The translations under genes and the position numbers were made by a program. From a candidate division WOR-3 bacterium (GTDB lineage: Bacteria > Hydrothermota > Tepidihabitantia > SM23-42 > CAYGYG01), in the NCBI GenBank assembly GCA_965648915.1, contig CBFGIV010000001.1, forward strand, positions 130,779 through 194,778: a DNA stretch of 64,000 nucleotides. Direction: 5' to 3'. Numbering within the stretch: position 1 is the stretch's first letter; every line of letters begins with the position of its first letter. The notes under the pieces are model-generated. The model made no database searches. It was given only the letters and a program-made list of their open reading frames with translations, and was not told the DNA's origin. This document shows, piece after piece, positions 19,971 to 30,176 of this stretch.

Positions 19971-21474
19971 GTGTGTCCCAAATTTTAGTGAAGGCCGTCG
20001 TGCCGAGATAGTTGATCAGATTGTTAATGCGATGCGCGGTTCAGCCGCAATTGAGATTTTAGATATCCAGATGAATGGCGATCACAACCGTGCAGTTATC
20101 TCATTTATCGGTGAGCCGGAGGCAGTCCTCGAAGCAGCTTTTCAGGGATGTAAAAAGGCTACCGAGTTAATAGATCTCCGTGAGCATAAGGGAGAGCATC
20201 CCCGTATTGGAGCGACCGATGTCATCCCATTTGTACCGATCAGTGATATCTCAATGCTTGAGTGTGTTGAACTGGCGAAAAGACTCGGTGAACGAATTGC
20301 CCGGGAATTGAAGATACCGGTCTATCTCTACGAAGAGGCAGCGACCAGCCCCGAGCGTCAGAATCTGGCTAATTTACGCGAAGGTGAATTTGAGGGGTTA
20401 AGAACCGCAATCGAAACCGATCCGAAGCGTAAACCTGACTATGGTGAGGCCCGTATTCACCCCTCGGCCGGAGCAACAGTCGTTGGAGCAAGATTCCCTC
20501 TGATCGCTTATAATATCAATCTGAATACGCCGGACGTCTCAATCGCCAAAAAAGTTGCCAAGGCAATAAGGTTTAAAGATGGGGGTTTTAAGTTTGCCAA
20601 GGCGCTCGGTTTTGAAATCAAAACTGAAGAGCCCGTATCTCAGACTTTAGGCCAGGTCTCGATAAATATGACAAATTATTTAGGGACACCGCTCTTTCGG
20701 GTTTTTGAAACCGTGAAGCGTGAAGCCGAGCGCTATGGAGTGATGATTAAAAATAGCGAGATTGTTGGTATGGTCCCGCAAAAAGCCCTGATCGACACAG
20801 CCGTCTATTATCTCCAGATGGATAACTTTAAGGATGAACAGATTCTGGAAAATCGACTCAAGGCCAAAGAATCACTCTTCGACTACTTAATGGCCATTGC
20901 TGCACCAAAACCAACCCCGGGGGGCGGTAGTGTTTCAGCCCTGTGCGGAGCTTTCGGCGTGGCATTGCTCACTATGGTAACAGAGCTTACGCTGAAGAAA
21001 TCTAAAAAAGATGAAGTTCTCTCTGATCTGGGAGTGAGATTAAAAAAAGAACTATTAGAATTCTTAAATTTAGTCAGGGAAGATGCTGAGTCTTTTGATA
21101 AGGTTATGAAGGCGTATAAATTATCAGACAATACTGATGAAGAGAAATTATTGAAAGGGCAGAAGATTGAAGATGCTTTGAAGGGGGCGGCTGAAGTTCC
21201 CTACCGTGTTATGGATAAGGCAACTGAGAACTTAAAATATGCAAAGACTATTGCCGAAAGAGGACTGGCTTCAGCGGTTTCGGATATAGGCGTTGCGGTC
21301 TATTCTTTCTTTACCGCTTTTTTTGGAGCGCGACTTAATGTTTTAATTAATCTGGCTGGAATAAAAGACGAAGAATTTAAGAATAATTATAAAAATAAGA
21401 TTAAAACCCTTGAAATTTCGTTTAATTTCGATTATGAGGAAACGCTAAATAAGATATTGACAAAATTGTCATAA
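19954..21474 (+). CDS. ftcd: Glutamate formiminotransferase / formiminotetrahydrofolate cyclodeaminase (bifunctional)
   Basis: VECVPNFSEGR, DHNR and HPRIGATDVIPF (transferase) plus PTPGGGSVSA and A.LNVLINL (cyclodeaminase). Confidence 0.93.
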   Translation: MSKIVECVPNFSEGRRAEIVDQIVNAMRGSAAIEILDIQMNGDHNRAVISFIGEPEAVLEAAFQGCKKATELIDLREHKGEHPRIGATDVIPFVPISDISMLECVELAKRLGERIARELKIPVYLYEEAATSPERQNLANLREGEFEGLRTAIETDPKRKPDYGEARIHPSAGATVVGARFPLIAYNINLNTPDVSIAKKVAKAIRFKDGGFKFAKALGFEIKTEEPVSQTLGQVSINMTNYLGTPLFRVFETVKREAERYGVMIKNSEIVGMVPQKALIDTAVYYLQMDNFKDEQILENRLKAKESLFDYLMAIAAPKPTPGGGSVSALCGAFGVALLTMVTELTLKKSKKDEVLSDLGVRLKKELLEFLNLVREDAESFDKVMKAYKLSDNTDEEKLLKGQKIEDALKGAAEVPYRVMDKATENLKYAKTIAERGLASAVSDIGVAVYSFFTAFFGARLNVLINLAGIKDEEFKNNYKNKIKTLEISFNFDYEETLNKILTKLS

Positions 21475-21485
21475 AGCGATATAAT
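21457..21485 (+). promoter_or_regulatory. Consensus sigma70 promoter for the TPR/ExeA operon
   Basis: TTGACA-17-TATAAT overlapping the ftcd stop codon. Confidence 0.75.
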
Positions 21486-21512
21486 GTATTGATGGTTTAA
21501 AAGGGGTCATTT

Positions 21513-23306
21513 ATGCCAGAAGATATGCTTAGTAAGGCAATAACATATTTTAAGGAAGGTGCTGTTGAAAAATCGTTGATGGTATTGATGAGATACTTGA
21601 GTCAAAACCCGAACGATCCTCGGGCTTTGGAGTTGCGTGGCGATATTGCGGTAAAGGAAGAATATCGAGACGAAGCGGTTATGAGATACGAAAGGGCGGG
21701 CGAACTTTTTGCAACAGAAGGCAATTATGAACGGGCAATTATCTGTTTGGAAAAGGCAAATAGTTTAATGCCCAATCAATTAGAGCGTCTGGGGCGGCTC
21801 GCCAGTTTCTATGAATCTTACGGCCTGGGTAATGAGATGGTAAAGAGAATAATAAGTTATTGTGAAAAGGCATTGAAGAATGGCCGGGATGAACTAATTA
21901 TTGATGCCTTAAAAAAGATATGTGATTTTGACCCGGGAAATTTAGAGTTGCGTTTTATCCATTGTAAGTTATTGACCATCTTAAACCGCAAAGAAGAAGC
22001 CCGAAGTGAACTTACAAGAATAAAGGCTTTAGCCGAAGAGCAGAAAAATCAGCCTTTAATTGATGAAATCATTAAATTTACCAATCAATTTGACGGTGGG
22101 GAAGAATTAGATCCGAAGAGCCGTATTGAGCTTGGTAATCTGCTCTTAGAAATCGGATCTAAAGAGGAGGCGGTTGTTGAATTTTTGCGGGCAGCAAATG
22201 ATCTATTAAAGATGGGCCAGTTAGAAGAGGCCAGGAAGATTCTCAATCGTGTTCTGGAGGTTGATCCTAATAATCCTCAGGCAATTTCCGAAATCGAACA
22301 CCTCAGTAGCAAATCAGCCCCAAAACCTGAAGTAGAAGAGGTTAAAAAAGAAAAAGAAATTGAGACCGAGTCAAAGGAGTATGTTGGTAGTGACTTTCTC
22401 AAGGATCTTATTGCTGAAGTCGACACATTTCCGAAACAGGAAGAGGTTAAAGAAGAAGAACATGAAGAATTGAGTAAAATTCTCGAAATGGGCAAGATGC
22501 CTGAGAAACCGTCGATCGAAGGACAGATTGCGGACATTGAGTTTTTATTGAAAGAGACCGCACCTGCTGAAAGAACTGAAATTAAAGAAGGATTGAATCA
22601 ACTCTTTGAAGATTTTAAGAGTAAGATAAGATGGGTCGATGAGGATGTGGATAAGAGGCTGGACCTGGCCAAGGCTTTTTTTAATTCTCATATGTACGAT
22701 CGGGCACTGGCCAATCTTGATGTGATTAAAACTGAAGATAGCAGGAAACGGGCTTTGATCACCGAAATGAAAGGGGCTTGTTTGGTAAAGATGGGGAGGT
22801 TCACTGAGGCATTGAAGATATTGCCTGAGGGCCTGGTTGCACCGATCGGTGAAAGAGAGAAACTGGGCATAAGGTATAATCTGGCTCTTGCCTATCAAGG
22901 GCAGGGAGATTATCAGAATGCCCTGATTCAATTAGAAAGGATTTTACGAACCGAAGAAAATTATCGTGATGCTAAGGAATTGTATGAATTGCTTGGTGGT
23001 ACACTGGTTAAACCCGAAGGCCGGGCCGACCTGGTTGAGGCGACCCCGGAAATAGTTGAAGAGGAGCGACCAACAGAGAAAGTTACCATCATTGAAGAAG
23101 AACCGGTTGTGCCTGAAATTCAGGAGGAGAAATTACCAGTAATTGAGGAAGAACCGGTAGTATTTGTTGAGGAGAAAGAAGAGCCTCCGGTCGATTATTC
23201 GATAATTGAGGAAACACCAGAGAAGATGCCCGAGTTCGGTTTTGAAAAACCTGAGACAAAATTTGTTGAACCGAAAAGGAGTGAAGAAAATATTGTTTTC
23301 CTTTAG
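21513..23306 (+). CDS. Cytoplasmic TPR protein with acidic linker (copy 1)
   Basis: Multiple TPRs, a Glu-rich low-complexity tail, and C-terminus EENIVFL. Confidence 0.75.
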   Translation: MPEDMLSKAITYFKEGAVEKSLMVLMRYLSQNPNDPRALELRGDIAVKEEYRDEAVMRYERAGELFATEGNYERAIICLEKANSLMPNQLERLGRLASFYESYGLGNEMVKRIISYCEKALKNGRDELIIDALKKICDFDPGNLELRFIHCKLLTILNRKEEARSELTRIKALAEEQKNQPLIDEIIKFTNQFDGGEELDPKSRIELGNLLLEIGSKEEAVVEFLRAANDLLKMGQLEEARKILNRVLEVDPNNPQAISEIEHLSSKSAPKPEVEEVKKEKEIETESKEYVGSDFLKDLIAEVDTFPKQEEVKEEEHEELSKILEMGKMPEKPSIEGQIADIEFLLKETAPAERTEIKEGLNQLFEDFKSKIRWVDEDVDKRLDLAKAFFNSHMYDRALANLDVIKTEDSRKRALITEMKGACLVKMGRFTEALKILPEGLVAPIGEREKLGIRYNLALAYQGQGDYQNALIQLERILRTEENYRDAKELYELLGGTLVKPEGRADLVEATPEIVEEERPTEKVTIIEEEPVVPEIQEEKLPVIEEEPVVFVEEKEEPPVDYSIIEETPEKMPEFGFEKPETKFVEPKRSEENIVFL

Positions 23307-23314
23307 GAGGTTTG

Positions 23315-24136
23315 ATGGGTTATGAAAGCTTCTATGGCCTAAAATTTGAACCTTTTGCCAATCTACCTGATCCAAAGTTCTATTTTAATAGCCCTCAACA
23401 TGCTATTGCGCGCGAATATCTGATGCACGCGGCGCGGGGAACCAGAGGTTTGGCTGTGCTTCTGGGGGAGATTGGAACCGGTAAGACAACCCTGGTTCGT
23501 AAGATATTAACTGAACTGCATTCTTCGGGTAAATTTCAGGCTGGCCTTCTGGTTCTGACTCATGCCAGTTTTCCAACAGGCTGGGTGCTAACACGCATTG
23601 GCAATCTCATTGGCCTGAGAGATTTTTCTTCATCACCAACTGAGATTATATCCCGCATCTCGGATCGACTGATGGAAATTCATCATCGCGGGGAAAAGAC
23701 GGTGATTATTATTGATGAGGCCAATAAGATTAATGGCCCGGAAATATTGGAGGAACTGAGGGGGCTTTTGAATCTGGAGATTGCTGAAACTCGATTGGTG
23801 ACATTTATCCTGAGCGGTTTACCTGAACTTGAGACTTATCTAAGTCAAAACAAACCACTCTATCAACGCATCGCGATTAAGGTAAAATTACGGCCGATGG
23901 GTGCCGAAACGGTTAAGGGTTATATAAATCATCGATTGAAGATCGCCGGCTGCGTAAAATCAATATTTACTGCACGTGCTCTTGAGCTCGTTGCTCGCTA
24001 TTCAGATGGCCGCCCCCGACTGGTGAATGTGCTTTGTGATAACGCTCTGCTCGAAGGGTATGTCCAGCGTAAAGCCGAGATCGATGATGTGATAATCGAA
24101 CGCGTTGTTGTCAACCTGGGCTTAAAGGTTGAGTAA
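23315..24136 (+). CDS. ExeA/GspA-family AAA+ ATPase (copy 1), ATPase domain only
   Basis: Y..FYGLK.EPF...PDP.F, Walker A GEIGTGKTT, Walker B IIIDEA, QRIA and G.PRLVN.LCDNALL. Confidence 0.9.
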   Translation: MGYESFYGLKFEPFANLPDPKFYFNSPQHAIAREYLMHAARGTRGLAVLLGEIGTGKTTLVRKILTELHSSGKFQAGLLVLTHASFPTGWVLTRIGNLIGLRDFSSSPTEIISRISDRLMEIHHRGEKTVIIIDEANKINGPEILEELRGLLNLEIAETRLVTFILSGLPELETYLSQNKPLYQRIAIKVKLRPMGAETVKGYINHRLKIAGCVKSIFTARALELVARYSDGRPRLVNVLCDNALLEGYVQRKAEIDDVIIERVVVNLGLKVE

Positions 24137-24137
24137 T

Positions 24138-26153
24138 ATGGACTTAAACGATACCAAGCGGAAGATTGCGGAACTCGAAGCCAAAGGGGATATCCCTAAG
24201 GCGATTGCTGAGTTAGAAAAGGCAATTACCAGTTTCCCGAACGACGGATCCTTATTTAACAAACTTGGTGATCTTTACCTGAAGATGAACAAGAATAAAG
24301 AAGCAATGGATGCTTACGAAAAGGGCGTAATCGTTTTTCGGGATGAGACTTACTTTCCCAATGCCATTGCCCTTTGCAAGAAGATCTTAAGAATTGATAA
24401 GGAACGGACCGAGATCTACCGTTACCTGGGTGAACTCCATAAAGAACTTGATCAGAAAGGTGAGGCGGCAACTTATTTCTTAGAATATGCAGATCAGATG
24501 ATCAAACAGAATAAACTTGAGACCGCACTTGAAATTTATACTAAGATAAAAGAGTTGACCCCCAATAATCCCCGGATTGTTACACGTATCGCCGAGATTC
24601 ATAAATTGCTCAAACATGATAATGAAGCGGCTGTGCTCTATAAAGAAGCGGCGGAGATTTATAAAGATCAGGGTAAATTGAAAGAGGCGAAAGAGATTGA
24701 AAAGGAGGTTGTAAAGCCAGCGCCCAAGGTCGAGATCAAGCCCAAACCCAAGATTGATATTGCTGAGACCGAGAAGGTCAGTCTGGAGACACTGGTGTCA
24801 CCAGAGATTGCTAAATTATTAGAAGCCGAAGTAAGTGAAGAAAAGAAGACAGAAGTCGAAAAAGAGACCGTAGAGCCAACGGCGACTGCTGAAACTGAAG
24901 TAGAAACACCGGTGGTTACTACTGAGGAAGAAGAAAAAAAGGAAGAGAAGGTTGGCGTTGAGGAAGAAAAAAAGACCCCGGTTGAGGAGCCAATCTCAAA
25001 GTTATCAGACCAGGAACCAGTCTCAGCGGTCATTGAGGAGAAAGCAGAAGTCAAAGAAGTGGTTGAGGAAGCGAAAGAAGAGGTCAAAGCCGAAGCAACC
25101 ATTACTTCAGAAGAGAAGAAGATCGAAGAGAAAACAGAAGAAACGAAGGTTGAGGCGCCAGTTCAGGCTGAGAGAGAAGAGGTTGTAGAACAGGTTCAGA
25201 CTATTGATGGTATGCTGGAACTTGCAAATCTTTATCGGAATCTGGGTAATATGGATGAGGCTTATGAATGTTATCGGATGGCTTCAGAAGAGGCGTTTAA
25301 TAATAAAGACTGGGATAAGGCATTGATGGTTTTTAAAAAAATTGTTGAATTCCGGCCTTTCGATTTGCGTTCCCGTCAGAAGATGATCGAAATCGCCCGC
25401 TATACTAAGAACAAAGAGTTGGAGATTGAGAGCACACTGGAACTGGCCGATACTTTGTTACGCCGTGAGGCCAAATCTCAAGCAATTTCTCTCTATAAAA
25501 AAGTTCTGACACTTGATCCAGATAATAACCAGGCCAAGGAAAAATTGGCTATGTATGAAGAACCGGCCAAGGAAGAGTATATCGATCTCGGTGCGATCCT
25601 CAAGGCTGAAGTTGAAGAAGAAACAACCACTCCTACCTCTCTCCAGAACATCAGAGATCTTCTCTCAGAATTTCGTAAAGAGGTTTTTGAAAGTATTGGT
25701 GAGGGCGACTATCATAGTCATTATGACCTTGGTGTCGCCTATAAGGGGATGGGACTATACACTGAGGCTATCGAAGAATTCCATATTGCCGCCAAGGACC
25801 GAAATTTAGCCCTCAAGGCATTTGAGATGATTGGTGCCTGCCTGATTGAAAAAGATAAGATCGATGATGCGATTACGGTGATGGAAGCCGGTCTGCGTAT
25901 ACCGGACCACAAACCGGTCGAATATTTTGGTTTATATTACCTTCTTGCCCAGGCCTACGAAAGCAAAGGAAATGTCAATAAAGCGGTTCAATTATATACC
26001 AAGGCCTATTCTCTCGACCCATCGGTTAAAGAAGTAAAGGTCAAGATTGAGGGGCTTAAACACCAGGTTGCTGAGAGGAAGCCAGTGGATGTAAAAGAAG
26101 TAAAAGAGAGCGAAACTACCCAGCCCAAGAAATCAAGAATCACTTACCTGTAG
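24138..26153 (+). CDS. Cytoplasmic TPR protein with acidic linker (copy 2)
   Basis: N-terminal TPRs (NKLGDLY; AIALCKKILR), an E/K-rich linker, SHYDLGVAYKGMGL..EAIEEF, and C-terminus KSRITYL. Confidence 0.8.
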   Translation: MDLNDTKRKIAELEAKGDIPKAIAELEKAITSFPNDGSLFNKLGDLYLKMNKNKEAMDAYEKGVIVFRDETYFPNAIALCKKILRIDKERTEIYRYLGELHKELDQKGEAATYFLEYADQMIKQNKLETALEIYTKIKELTPNNPRIVTRIAEIHKLLKHDNEAAVLYKEAAEIYKDQGKLKEAKEIEKEVVKPAPKVEIKPKPKIDIAETEKVSLETLVSPEIAKLLEAEVSEEKKTEVEKETVEPTATAETEVETPVVTTEEEEKKEEKVGVEEEKKTPVEEPISKLSDQEPVSAVIEEKAEVKEVVEEAKEEVKAEATITSEEKKIEEKTEETKVEAPVQAEREEVVEQVQTIDGMLELANLYRNLGNMDEAYECYRMASEEAFNNKDWDKALMVFKKIVEFRPFDLRSRQKMIEIARYTKNKELEIESTLELADTLLRREAKSQAISLYKKVLTLDPDNNQAKEKLAMYEEPAKEEYIDLGAILKAEVEEETTTPTSLQNIRDLLSEFRKEVFESIGEGDYHSHYDLGVAYKGMGLYTEAIEEFHIAAKDRNLALKAFEMIGACLIEKDKIDDAITVMEAGLRIPDHKPVEYFGLYYLLAQAYESKGNVNKAVQLYTKAYSLDPSVKEVKVKIEGLKHQVAERKPVDVKEVKESETTQPKKSRITYL

Positions 26154-26218
26154 TAGACGCACGGTAGACTTTCATGAAGAAATTATCTGTTAGAGCACTA
26201 ACTCGATAAGGAGGTCTG

Positions 26219-27043
26219 ATGGACTACGAGACTTTTTATAAACTTAAGGAACATCCTTTCAGTTTTACCACTGACGAGAAATATTACTACAACAGTCCTC
26301 AACATTCCAAGGCGCTTATTAAATTAGTTCATGCTGTAGAAAATGAGAAGGGATTGGCCGTATTGATTGGTGACATCGGGACCGGTAAAACAACCCTTTC
26401 CCGGAGGCTGCTTGACCATTTAATCCAGAATGGTTATGAAGCTACCTTATTGGTGATAATTCATTCAGAAATAACCTCACTCTGGTTTTTAAAGAAACTG
26501 GCGTTGATGTTCGAAGCTGATTCAGGGACGGATGATAAGATCCAGATTATAACATCGCTCTATCACCGTCTTCTTGAGATCCATGAAAAGGGTAAAACGA
26601 TCGTTGTTTTAATTGACGAAGCCAATATGTTACAGAGGCGTGATATTATGGAAGAGATTCGCGGTTTACTCAATTTGGAATCGGAGAAGGGCAAACTGTT
26701 AAACTTCATCCTTTTTGGATTAACCGAGATGGAAGATTATTTAAAGCTTGATCCCCCCCTCTATCAGAGAATTGCAGTGCGTTGTATACTTGAGCCACTC
26801 GATTACGATTCTACCCTGAAATATATTACCCATCGATTAAAAGTTGCTGGCTGTGATCGGCCCCTCTTTACCAGTGGGGCAATAAAGATTATCCACAATA
26901 ATTCACGCGGTATCCCGCGTTTGATAAATGCAATCTGTGATAATGCACTCTTAGAAGGTTTCCTGTTAAAAAAGGATGTTATTGAAGAGAAGATTGTGAC
27001 CGAAGTATCGCATGACCTTGGACTCATTCCCAAAGAAAGCTGA
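26219..27043 (+). CDS. ExeA/GspA-family AAA+ ATPase (copy 2), ATPase domain only
   Basis: Walker A GDIGTGKTT, Walker B LIDEA, QRIA and GIPRLINAICDNALL; paralogous to 23315-24136. Confidence 0.9.
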   Translation: MDYETFYKLKEHPFSFTTDEKYYYNSPQHSKALIKLVHAVENEKGLAVLIGDIGTGKTTLSRRLLDHLIQNGYEATLLVIIHSEITSLWFLKKLALMFEADSGTDDKIQIITSLYHRLLEIHEKGKTIVVLIDEANMLQRRDIMEEIRGLLNLESEKGKLLNFILFGLTEMEDYLKLDPPLYQRIAVRCILEPLDYDSTLKYITHRLKVAGCDRPLFTSGAIKIIHNNSRGIPRLINAICDNALLEGFLLKKDVIEEKIVTEVSHDLGLIPKES

Positions 27044-27854
27044 CCTCCATATTCATACTTATTATTCAGATGGTCTTTTATCGCCTCAGCAGGTGATTGA
27101 ATATGTTAAGGATAAAAATTTAAAAACAATTTCAATAACCGACCATGATGCGGTGGCGGGTGTTCAAGAAGCAATTGATCTTGCAGACCGTGAGGTGGAG
27201 GTTATTCCCGGAGTGGAATTGAGCACCATCTACCACGAAATCGATGTTCATATCCTCGGCTACTATTGTGACTACCAGAATAGCGAATTGATCAGATATC
27301 TGACCGATTTAAAATGTTTCCGCGAGAATCGAGTTCGACAGATGATTGAGAAACTGGCTAAATTTGGTATCAAACTGGAATACAACTATGTTTGTAATAT
27401 TGCGCAACAGAAAGGTGTCCTGGGGCGCCCCCATATTGCAACCGCAATGAAAGAGAAGGGCTATGTCTCAACAATTGATGAGGCCTTCTACCGTTTTATT
27501 GGCTATCATGCTCCATGCTATGTTCCGAAGAAAGAGATTGAGCCCCAGGAGGCAATCAGGATAATAAAGCAATTTGGTGGTGTCCCGGTTCTGGCGCACC
27601 CTGGTGTATACGGGAGTGAAGAGATTATCCCCTTATCGATAAGATCAGGAATAGAAGGTATCGAAGTCTGGCACCCGGAACACAGTCGCACTTGCTGGGA
27701 GAGACTTCTCCAGATCGCCCGAGAAAATAAACTATTGATCACTGGTGGTTCCGATTGTCATGGTGGACGCAAGAACGGCCGTGTCCTGATCGGTGAAATT
27801 CTTCTGGATAACTCATATGTCGAGGCGCTAAAAGATCACATCCGGGCCAGGTAG
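27012..27854 (+). CDS. PHP-domain phosphoesterase (YciV/TrpH-like)
   Basis: DLHIHTYYSDG, ITDHD, GVELS, HILGY, LAHP and TGGSDCHG motifs. Confidence 0.9.
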   Translation: MTLDSFPKKADLHIHTYYSDGLLSPQQVIEYVKDKNLKTISITDHDAVAGVQEAIDLADREVEVIPGVELSTIYHEIDVHILGYYCDYQNSELIRYLTDLKCFRENRVRQMIEKLAKFGIKLEYNYVCNIAQQKGVLGRPHIATAMKEKGYVSTIDEAFYRFIGYHAPCYVPKKEIEPQEAIRIIKQFGGVPVLAHPGVYGSEEIIPLSIRSGIEGIEVWHPEHSRTCWERLLQIARENKLLITGGSDCHGGRKNGRVLIGEILLDNSYVEALKDHIRAR

Positions 27855-27881
27855 CCTGAGGAATTTTTAACTCCAATTTCG

Positions 27882-28664
27882 ATGATTCAGATCCAAAATA
27901 TTGATGACCGAAAGATCTGGGATAGATTCTGGGCCGAGCGGAAGGTCGAAGATATCTATCCACCGGTTACTGATATTGTTAATGAAATCAAATCAGTGGT
28001 AAAGGATTTTCATCATAAGAGGATACTCGAAATTGGTGCCGGGACTGGTCGGACCGGCTATCGACTTGCCGAAATGGGTGGAGATGTTGTGCTCTTAGAT
28101 TACAGTGTTAATAGTTTGAAACTGATGAAGGCATACCAGACGAGCGAGGGAAAGTATGTGAATCTGGTCTTAGCTGATGCACGCTCAACCCCTTTTTTTG
28201 CCCATTCTTTCGATATTATATTACACCAGGGACTGCTGGAACACTTTAAATCGCCTTTTGTCCTATTAAGAGAAAATGTCCGACTTCTTAAACCGGGGGG
28301 TTATCTTCTGATCGATGTCCCTCAGACTTTTCATATCTATACCCTGATGAAACACGGTCTTATGTTAATAAAGAGATGGTTTGGTGGCTGGGAACGACAG
28401 TTTACTGTAAAGTCACTATGTCAACTGGTTCAGCAATTCGGTTTAAGGGTCGTTCATGTATATGGTGATTGGTCAAGACCCGGGATATTCTACAAGATTT
28501 TTCGGATCGGACTCGGGAGGTTGAAAATTGGCCTACCGATGTATCCTGGATATCTTGGCCGGCTAACTGATGAATTTTATAAATTGCAGAAATCTTTGAG
28601 GAGAAAGAAGCTGTTTCTCTATACCGTTCTTTCTGTAGGAGTAATTGGTCAGAAGGTTTGCTGA
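27882..28664 (+). CDS. Class I SAM-dependent methyltransferase
   Basis: ILEIGAGTG motif I, FD......LEH, and LKPGG. Confidence 0.85.
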   Translation: MIQIQNIDDRKIWDRFWAERKVEDIYPPVTDIVNEIKSVVKDFHHKRILEIGAGTGRTGYRLAEMGGDVVLLDYSVNSLKLMKAYQTSEGKYVNLVLADARSTPFFAHSFDIILHQGLLEHFKSPFVLLRENVRLLKPGGYLLIDVPQTFHIYTLMKHGLMLIKRWFGGWERQFTVKSLCQLVQQFGLRVVHVYGDWSRPGIFYKIFRIGLGRLKIGLPMYPGYLGRLTDEFYKLQKSLRRKKLFLYTVLSVGVIGQKVC

Positions 28665-28771
28665 AGAACAGACAATATTTAACTTGACATATTTAATTAA
28701 AGAGGTATACTAAGGATAATTTCAATTTAAGGTAATTCGGTCTTTATTTAGAAGAGTTTCTTTGTGCGACA

Positions 28772-30169
28772 ATGATACAGAGATTGAAAATTGGTTTGGT
28801 CGGTTTTTTGCTCTGGTATGGATGTGGAGATAATGAGCCCCCTGAAGTTCGCATCAGTTCACCAACCAATGGTTCAACTGTTAGCGATACCGTTATTATC
28901 AGCGTCGAGGCAAAAGACAATAAAGGGGTCAGGATTGTCGATCTCTACATCGATGATACCTTAAGGGGATCTGATACCTTAGAACCATTTACCTATCAAT
29001 GGTTAACCGAATCACTCCCTGATAGTTCAAAACACCTGATATATGCAAAGGCATTAGACCACTCGGAAAATGAGGCCGTTTCTGAGACAATTTCGGTAAT
29101 AGTGTTTAATAATCTTGCTGGCTGTGATTTAAGATGGGCATACAATGTTGGATACTGGATGCGCTCTTCACCCGCCCTTGGTGCAGATGGAACTATCTAT
29201 TTCGGCACCGGTGATGGCTATATTATAGCCCTTAATGGTGATGGTTCAGTGAAATGGAAGTATAAAACTTTTGGTGAACCTGCCATAAACTCTTCACCGG
29301 CCATTGGTGCTGATGGCACGATCTATATTGGTTCCTTAGATTTTTATCTTTATGCCCTGAATCCTAATGGCACTTTGAAGTGGAGCTACTGGGCAGGAAG
29401 CGACATTTCATCTTCACCTGCTCTCGGTTCTGACGGGACGATATATGTGGGAACCGGTGATGGCTCACTTTATGCGTTTAATCCTGACAGTACACCGAAG
29501 TGGCGTTTCCGAACCCCAGGTTCAATTCAATCCTCACCCGCCATCAGTGCTAACGGGGTTATCTATTTCTCGGGAACGGACGGAAATTTTTATGCGGTCA
29601 ATCCGGATAGCACATTGAAGTGGTACAGATTTATCGGAAACCTGTCTTCATCTTCTCCGGCGATTGGTTCGGATGGAACCATATACTTCGGCTCACTGGA
29701 CCGAAAAATCTATGCACTGGACTCAGCCGGTTCGATAAGATGGGATTATTTGACCGGCGGTTACATTGAGGGTTCACCGGTCATTGCTCCGGATGGTACT
29801 ATCTACTGTGGTTCAGCGGATTGTTGTCTATATGCGCTGAACCCCAACGGCAGTCTAAAATGGAAGTATCAGGCACGGGGGAAGATAAGTTGTACACCGG
29901 CGGTTACCTCAGATGGTGCGATTATCTTTGGTGACCACGAGGGGTTCCTTTATTGCCTGAATCCAGATGGATCTTTGCGCTGGAGGTTCAGGACAAATAA
30001 TATAATCCACACTTCGCCGACGATCGGACCAGATGGTACAATTTATTTCGGTTCTGATGATGGTTATTTTTATGCCTTGGTCGGACACTCATCCCTGGCG
30101 AACTCGTCCTGGCCAATGTTTCATCATGATTTAAGACATACGGGACGAATCGGTGGGGGCGGGAAATAG
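28772..30169 (+). CDS. Lipoprotein with Ig-like domain and PQQ-like beta-propeller repeats
   Basis: Lipobox LWYGC; PP.V.I.SP..G Ig domain; eight SSPA.G.DGTIY.G..D..LYA.N.DG..KW repeats. Upstream TTGACA-16-TATACT at 28684-28711. Confidence 0.85.
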   Translation: MIQRLKIGLVGFLLWYGCGDNEPPEVRISSPTNGSTVSDTVIISVEAKDNKGVRIVDLYIDDTLRGSDTLEPFTYQWLTESLPDSSKHLIYAKALDHSENEAVSETISVIVFNNLAGCDLRWAYNVGYWMRSSPALGADGTIYFGTGDGYIIALNGDGSVKWKYKTFGEPAINSSPAIGADGTIYIGSLDFYLYALNPNGTLKWSYWAGSDISSSPALGSDGTIYVGTGDGSLYAFNPDSTPKWRFRTPGSIQSSPAISANGVIYFSGTDGNFYAVNPDSTLKWYRFIGNLSSSSPAIGSDGTIYFGSLDRKIYALDSAGSIRWDYLTGGYIEGSPVIAPDGTIYCGSADCCLYALNPNGSLKWKYQARGKISCTPAVTSDGAIIFGDHEGFLYCLNPDGSLRWRFRTNNIIHTSPTIGPDGTIYFGSDDGYFYALVGHSSLANSSWPMFHHDLRHTGRIGGGGK

Positions 30170-30176
30170 ATCAAGA

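Noticed and set aside
23315..27043. ExeA-like ATPases as TniB/TnsC or Mu B transposition proteins
   Set aside because: No adjacent transposase or element ends; the N-terminal Y..F..L...PF motif and TPR partners fit the ExeA secretion/pilus-associated group.
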